NCBI GenBank assembly: GCA_043801585.1
Contig: JAZDLX010000147.1
Coordinates: 1-17,269 of the forward strand
DNA: 17,269 nucleotides
From: a bacterium
Lineage (GTDB): Bacteria; Electryoneota; Electryoneia; Electryoneales; Electryoneaceae
Direction of reading: 5' to 3'
Shown: piece by piece, positions 7,595 through 17,269 of the stretch
How the letters are laid out: every line of letters begins with the position of its first letter
How positions within the stretch are numbered: position 1 is the stretch's first letter
Notes under the pieces: model-generated
Told to the model about the DNA's origin: nothing
Databases searched by the model: none
The model's input: the letters and a program-made list of their open reading frames with translations, nothing else
Program-made: the position numbers and the translations under genes

Positions 7595-8272
7595 ATGAAG
7601 GTCATTCTTCGTGAAACCTACGAGAGCCTGGGCCGCCCGGGTGATGTGGTCAACGTCAAACCCGGTTTCGCCCGCAACTTTCTCGTGCCGCAGGGAATCG
7701 CCTATCTGGACAACGCTTTTTATCGGCGGAGGTTCGAGAACGAGCGTGACGACCTGCTGAAACGGGATGCCGAACTGCGTTCCGCCGCGGAAGCCGTCGC
7801 CAAGAAGGGCGAAGGATCAAGGATCGAATTTATCGTCCGTGTCGGCGAACGTGGCCAGATGTTCGGCGCGATCACCAACCGTGACATCGCCGCCAAGCTT
7901 GAGGAGCAGGGCATCAAGGTGGACCGCCGCAAGATCTCGCTGTCCGAACCGATCAAAACCACCGGTGAACATTCCGTGGTGGTGAAACCTCACGGCGACG
8001 TTGCCTTTGACGTATTCATCAATGTTATACCGGAGGTGACGGAGGAAGAGCTGCTCGACGAGAAGCTCGCCATCGAGCTTGCTGAGGCGATGGGTAAAGT
8101 GGACAAGGCGGATCAGGTTCAGCCTGTGGAAACCGCCGGAGAGCGCGCTGAGCGGGGCGAAGGTGCTGAGATTGTCGAGGTCGAACCTGTCGAGAAGCCT
8201 GAGACATCCGAGGAAGTCACGGAGAACGCAGAAGAGAAAATGGCTGAAGGTGATACAGGGAAAGCCGAGTAA
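7595..8272 (+). CDS. rplI: 50S ribosomal protein L9 with ~75-aa acidic C-terminal extension
   Basis: MKVILRE...LGRPGDVVNVKPGFARNFLVPQG, G.MFGAIT..DIA, IKTTGEHSV.VK.H. Confidence 0.97.
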   Translation: MKVILRETYESLGRPGDVVNVKPGFARNFLVPQGIAYLDNAFYRRRFENERDDLLKRDAELRSAAEAVAKKGEGSRIEFIVRVGERGQMFGAITNRDIAAKLEEQGIKVDRRKISLSEPIKTTGEHSVVVKPHGDVAFDVFINVIPEVTEEELLDEKLAIELAEAMGKVDKADQVQPVETAGERAERGEGAEIVEVEPVEKPETSEEVTENAEEKMAEGDTGKAE

Positions 8273-8298
8273 CCTTCCTCGTTCGATGGAACATTCCC

Positions 8299-8331
8299 AG
8301 CCCGGAACCGAAAAGGTTCCGGGCTTTCTTT
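8299..8331 (+). terminator. Intrinsic terminator after rplI
   Basis: Perfect 11-bp stem AGCCCGGAACC/GGTTCCGGGCT followed by TTCTTT. Confidence 0.9.
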
Positions 8332-8426
8332 ATTCATTACGGTGAAAATTCTCCTCCGCCGGGTGGTTGAACGATGCTGCGAAACGTATCTTACTCATGA
8401 GCCGCAGTTTCGTTTCTGGACGTACT

Positions 8427-10800
8427 ATGTTTTTCACCATCCTTCGACAGTCGTTGCGAATGCTTCGACGACAACGGCTGTTCTCCCTGATTCATGTCAT
8501 CGGTCTCGCGATTGGTTTGGCAGCCTGCGCTGTCATCGCCCTTTTTATCCGTGAGGAACTGAGTTTCGATCGTCACCTGAAGAAGGTCGATCGCCTTTAC
8601 AGGGTGATTGAAGTGAATCCTGCTGGGGCGAGTGGGACAGTGTCGCTTCCCTACGCCGTGGGTTCCCTGGCGCCAGCGCTCATGGAAAAAATTCCCGAGG
8701 TTGAAATGGCCGGGCGGTTGACGGCCGTGTTCAGTTGGACGGTCGGCCTTGAGGGCGATCCGCAGAACGTGGACGCGATGCTGGCGGCGGACCCGGCAAT
8801 CCTGGATCTTTTCGAACTGAATTTTATCGATGGGGATGCATCCTCGGCGCTCGCCTCGCCGGACCGCGTCGCCATCAGTGAAAAGATTGCACATCGCTTC
8901 TTCGGCGAGGAAAAAGCCCTCGGAAAGACGTTGATCTTCGATGGCAAGCGCCCGATGACCGTGGCGGGGGTGTACGAGGATTTTCCTGACAACTCGCACC
9001 TGATCATTGATGTCCTGATTCCCTATGTCGTTTTCGGCAACGATCCCGATTGGGAATGGCTGGATTCCTGGTACACCGCGACGATCACCTACGTGCGCCT
9101 GAAGCCGGGCGCCGATCCGCAGTTGCTTGAGCAACGGCTGAATCCCCTGTTACAGACTCTGCTGCCGGATCAGCCGGGAATCACGATGAAGCTGCAGCCG
9201 GTGACCGACATCCACCTGCGGTCGGAACAGGTGATGTGGGATTACGCGTACAAGAAATCGTCGGAATCACGTGTGATGCTGTTCGGCATTATCGGTGTGG
9301 GCATTCTGCTGCTGGCGTGCGTGAATTTCATGAACCTGGCAACCTCACGTTCGCTGACACGGGCGCGTGAGGTGGGATTGCGCAAGGTCGTCGGCGCTAC
9401 GCGCAGCCACCTGATCCTGCATTTTCTCGTCGAGGCCGTGCTGATTGCTGTCGTCGCCCTCCCCCTGGCGTTGCTGCTTGTGGAAATGGTTCTTCCAACC
9501 CTGAGGACTCTCGCCGAACGGTCCCTGCCGGACATCTTCCTGTACCCGGGGTGGCCGCTGCTGGCGCTGCTCGGATTGACCATCGTCGCTGGTCTGCTCG
9601 CCGGAACCTACCCGGCGTTTGTTCTCTCCTCCTTCCAGCCTGTGGAAATCCTGCGCGGAAACACCGCTTCCGGATCGGGAAGATCGATTCTCCGGCGAGT
9701 CCTGGTGACATTCCAGTTTGTCCTTTCGATTCTACTGCTATTGGTCTCGGGCATGGTGATCCTGCAGATCCGTTTCATGCAGCAGCAGCCATTGGGATTT
9801 CAGAAGGACCGTGTCGTGGTCGTTCGCGTCGCCGACGAGTCCGAACGGTGGGATCGCCTGCCCTTGCGTGACGAGGTAGCCGCCGACCCCGAGGTGGTAT
9901 CAGCATCGCTCTCTCAGGTGGTTCCGGGAACGATTACCGCTGAGGATTACGTCGTTCCGGACGGCTGGACGGGCGACCCGATGACAATCAACATGAACAT
10001 CGTTTGTGATGATTTCATCAAAACAATGGGGGTTGACGGTTGTCAAAGGACGGAAGTTCGATCCCTCGCGTCCCTCCGACAAGTTTTCGATCGTGATCAA
10101 CGAAGCGGCGATGCGAGCCTTCGGGTGGGATGACTTTGAGGGACGCAAGGTCCGTGGTGGCAGCGGCCGCGAGTTTCCCGTGCTGGGCGTCATCAAAGAT
10201 TACCACTTCATGTCCCTGCATCACCCGGTGGAACCGCAGATGCTGATCTATTACCCCGAACGGGGAGAGTATCTGAGCTTCCGCGTGAAGTCCGATGACA
10301 TGCAGGCAACGCTGAGGCGTGTCGCGGGCATCTGGCAGAAATACGTTCCGCAGAAACCGTTCGAATACCATTTCCTCGATGAATCGATCGGCCAATGGTA
10401 CGAGGGAGAGGAGCGGACGGCACAACTGCTTACCCTGTTCAGCGGCCTGGCGCTGTTCATTTCATGCCTCGGCCTGCTCGGTCTCGCGGGGCATTCGGCG
10501 GAGCGAAGACGATCCGAGATCGGTGTCAGAAAGGTGCTCGGTGCAAGCTCGGGTCAGATGCTGATGATGGTGCTGCGGGAATCGCTGCTGCTCGTCTTGA
10601 TTGCCAACGCGATCAGCTGGCCGCTGGCAATCTGGATCGGCCGGACCTGGGCTGAGAACTTCGCGTTCCGGGCGCCGACCGTCTGGTGGCTGCTTCCCGG
10701 AGTGGCGGCGCTGACAATGCTGGTAGTCGTCCTTGTCACCAGTACCATCGCCTGGCGCGCGGCGAACCTCAATCCGGCGGAAGTGATCCGGGAGGAATAG
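8427..10800 (+). pseudogene. MacB/FtsX-type duplicated ABC transporter permease (~790 aa), frameshifted at 10028-10032 (possibly a sequencing error)
   Basis: IGLAIGLAAC, LQPVTDIHL, LLACVNFMNL...RAREVGLRKVVGA, LVTFQF, then in the +1 frame INEAA, ISCLGLLGL...EIGVRKVLGAS, NPAEVIREE; removing one G from ATGGGGGTTG restores ...IKTMGLTVVKGRKF... Confidence 0.85.
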
Positions 10801-10821
10801 GGTGGCAGGTTGGACGGTTGT

Positions 10822-10909
10822 GAGTTGAGTGACAGTTACCTAATTCTGGGCATCAGTCACGTGGAATCGAGTGACGAACTCAATGAATTAGGTAACTGTC
10901 ACTCAACTC
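10822..10909. repeat. 88-bp element bounded by perfect 25-bp inverted repeats (MITE/REPIN-like)
   Basis: GAGTTGAGTGACAGTTACCTAATTC (10822-10846) and its exact reverse complement (10885-10909), 38-nt spacer. Confidence 0.9.
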
Positions 10910-10991
10910 GTTTTGGTCCGGGATGTTGGGGGCGGAGAGGACGCCCCAGCTTGATTTCGAAACGATCAAGTAAGGCCTCCGACCCCAGCAT

Positions 10992-11055
10992 GCAACCCGG
11001 CATCACCGTATGCCGGGGAGTATCCTTTCCCCGGGACACGTTGGTCCCGGGCTAC
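10992..11055. repeat. REPIN-like doublet of inverted REP-like palindromes
   Basis: GCAA-CCCGGCAT-N6-ATGCCGGG ... CCCGGGAC-N6-GTCCCGGG-CTAC; the two units are 21/28 identical in inverted orientation. Confidence 0.7.
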
Positions 11056-11095
11056 GCTTGCTACGCCAAGAACCTGACGCAACAATAACACCAGG

Positions 11096-11214
11096 GTGTC
11101 ATTGCCAGTGCCGGCCGTTCGGCACGCGGCAATCTCCAATTTGGTTCTCTATTTGTGAAACAGATTGGAGATCACCACGCGATGCCGGAACCCCGACATC
11201 GCTGGTGATGACAC
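11096..11214. repeat. Complete GTCATTGC...GCAATCTC / GAGAT...GATGAC palindromic element
   Basis: Outer stem GTGTCATTGCCAG/CTGGTGATGACAC, inner stem ATCTCCAAT/ATTGGAGAT, and a side hairpin in each arm. Confidence 0.7.
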
Positions 11215-11247
11215 ATAAGAGAGCGATTCGTCGAACGACAGGTTGAA

Positions 11248-11568
11248 TCACTCAGGCCGCAGGCGCTCAATCAGCGAGGTGCTGACCCAGTAGTACTGAT
11301 CCCACGCACGCTGAAAGAAGAGGTACTTCCCGTCCAGAGTGATGAACGCACGCCACGCTTCCGGCGCGTTGATGGACGGTCCGAGCGGAATCGCCTCGCT
11401 CCAGCTTCCGTCGCCCTTACGGAAACTGACAAACAGTCCTGCCCGCTCGATTCCCTCCGTGGGCCGGATGGAAGTGAAGACGAGATAGCTTCCGTCGGGT
11501 GCGATGACGGGTTCGATGTCATCGTGTTCACTGTTGATCTGTGGTCGAAGCAGCTTGATCTGTGGACG
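11248..11568 (-). pseudogene. 3' remnant of a PD40 (TolB/WD40-like beta-propeller repeat) protein gene
   Basis: Hand translation of the - strand: PQINSEHDDIEPVIAPDGSYLVFTSIRP...GLFVSFRKGDGSWSEAIPLGPSINAP...FITLDGKYLFFQRAWDQYYWVSTSLIERLRPE*; no ATG/GTG/TTG before the upstream in-frame TGA near 11687. Confidence 0.75.
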
Positions 11569-11876
11569 GGGATCGGAAACAGGGCATTTGCCGTAACTCC
11601 CTTTTATTTCCAGAATATGGAGTGACTTTCGGATAGGGTTGACTCTTTGAGAGTCTTCTCGGGGGATGCGGCTTGACTGGGAGTATCAGAAGTGTTTTCT
11701 TGTGCGCCACTTGCCGCCCGGTTGTGGGTGCTGCGCGGACCCTGATGCCGGGCGAGTTCTTTGTCAGCGATGCGGATGGACTGCTGGTGGCGTGCTGTTT
11801 CCGGTGAACTTTTTTAGGAGGTGCTGCCGGTGCCGGTGATGGCCGGTCTCGCGGGGGAGTCGAGGGTGAAAAAACC

Positions 11877-11905
11877 TTGACTCGCCGGGGGTCGGCGGTT
11901 AGCTT
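11877..11905 (+). promoter_or_regulatory. rrn promoter P1 (putative)
   Basis: A-tract, then TTGACT-17 nt-TAGCTT. Confidence 0.65.
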
Positions 11906-11999
11906 ACCGCTCCCGATCACCAGTGGTTCAGGTGGTCGGTCGTGCTATGTTCGCACAAGGCTTACGGGTGGAGACGGGGAGTCCAATGGAGCTCCTTGC

Positions 12000-12028
12000 T
12001 TGACATCCGAATGGGGCCTCCGTATTCT
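12000..12028 (+). promoter_or_regulatory. rrn promoter P2 (putative)
   Basis: TTGACA-17 nt-TATTCT. Confidence 0.75.
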
Positions 12029-12135
12029 TAAAGGCTTTAGGAGAAACGGTCCTTGAAAGACCGGGGGATGCGTCGGGAAGGACGTGGGAACGGGCAACCG
12101 GACCTGCCGCACGGCCCGCAGCAGACCTTTAGAAA

Positions 12136-12152
12136 CGATCTTTGACAAGCGT
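12136..12152 (+). promoter_or_regulatory. boxA-like antitermination site, rrn leader
   Basis: CGATCTTTGACAAGCGT, repeated exactly at 14259-14275; the adjacent GCGTACACGCAGCA pairs with TGTTGCGTGTACGC (13905-13918), the 16S processing stem. Confidence 0.75.
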
Positions 12153-12229
12153 ACACGCAGCAGTGCGCGGTGTCTTCGAATCTTCGGATTCGAGGTCACC
12201 ACACCTAAACAAAGTGTGCCTAAATCAAC

Positions 12230-13761
<1,532 letters not shown>

Positions 13762-13970
13762 AAGGAGCAGGCAGCCCCGAGGGGGACTGGCCGTGGGATT
13801 GTCCGGATGGAATAAAGGCCTGCCGGACAACGAAACGCCGGTCGCCGGGAGTCTTCGGACACCCGACCGTTCGAGGGGTTATCTGCCGAGGGTCGAAGTG
13901 CATTTGTTGCGTGTACGCAGATTTTGCTACAACCTCGCGGCCCCCGCGCAAGTGGGGGCTGGAGGTTGAT

Positions 13971-14044
<74 letters not shown>

Positions 14045-14113
14045 CTCTTTTGGGTGCCTCGGATCGAATCGGACAACTGCGCAAGGGTCCTGTCAAGGCC
14101 GACGCTGGCCTAC

Positions 14114-14186
14114 GGGGCGTTAGCTCAGTTGGGAGAGCGCCGGCTTTGCAAGCCGGAGGTCACCGGTTCGAGACCGGTACGCTCCA
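14114..14186 (+). tRNA. tRNA-Ala (TGC), CCA not encoded
   Basis: GGGGCGT/ACGCTCC acceptor with G3-U70, anticodon loop TTTGCAA. Confidence 0.98.
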
Positions 14187-14258
14187 CTGGGCGTCGTGTT
14201 TTGCGGGAAGTGCCATCCGGGTTTCTGGGAGGTTACCGAAACAGGTGCGGCGACCCTT

Positions 14259-14275
14259 CGATCTTTGACAAGCGT
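14259..14275 (+). promoter_or_regulatory. boxA-like site, ITS
   Basis: Exact 17-nt copy of the leader motif, upstream of 23S. Confidence 0.75.
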
Positions 14276-14382
14276 GTTTCCATAGGTTGTCTTCTGGACG
14301 CATACGTAGAAGGGTAGTTCCAACTTCTCGTAAGCTTCTGAGGATCTGTTTCCGGCCGTTTCCTGTAAAGGAAAAGGATTTC

Positions 14383-17269
<2,887 letters not shown>

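Noticed and set aside
10006..10133. Programmed -1 frameshift in the permease
   Set aside because: The required shift is +1 and there is no X XXY YYZ heptamer at the junction
11271..11531. 86-aa ORF on the - strand listed in the track
   Set aside because: Wrong frame; the neighbouring frame carries the PD40 signal

Overview
Mostly housekeeping bacterial DNA; rRNA signatures suggest an FCB-affiliated, possibly uncultured lineage (inference). On the + strand lie spoVG, tRNA-Gln, prs, rplY (Ctc-type), pth, a K+-dependent and probably Na+-pumping membrane pyrophosphatase (hppA), a small orphan RHH-like ORF, rpsF (with an S6:S18-type leader RNA), rpsR and rplI. These are followed by a MacB/FtsX-type ABC permease split by one extra G, a start-less PD40 beta-propeller remnant on the - strand that the ORF track misses, and an rRNA operon (tandem promoters, 16S, tRNA-Ile, tRNA-Ala, 23S running off the end). 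The unexplained signal is non-coding: a ~160-nt rod-like RNA candidate upstream of spoVG, and three palindrome-dense spacers (5460-5750, 7145-7594, 10820-11240) holding several REP/REPIN-like families with compensatory changes and shared motifs. The tRNA-Gln has an unusual A1-U72 pair. I cannot support a claim of a complete new multi-gene system; the findings are candidates.
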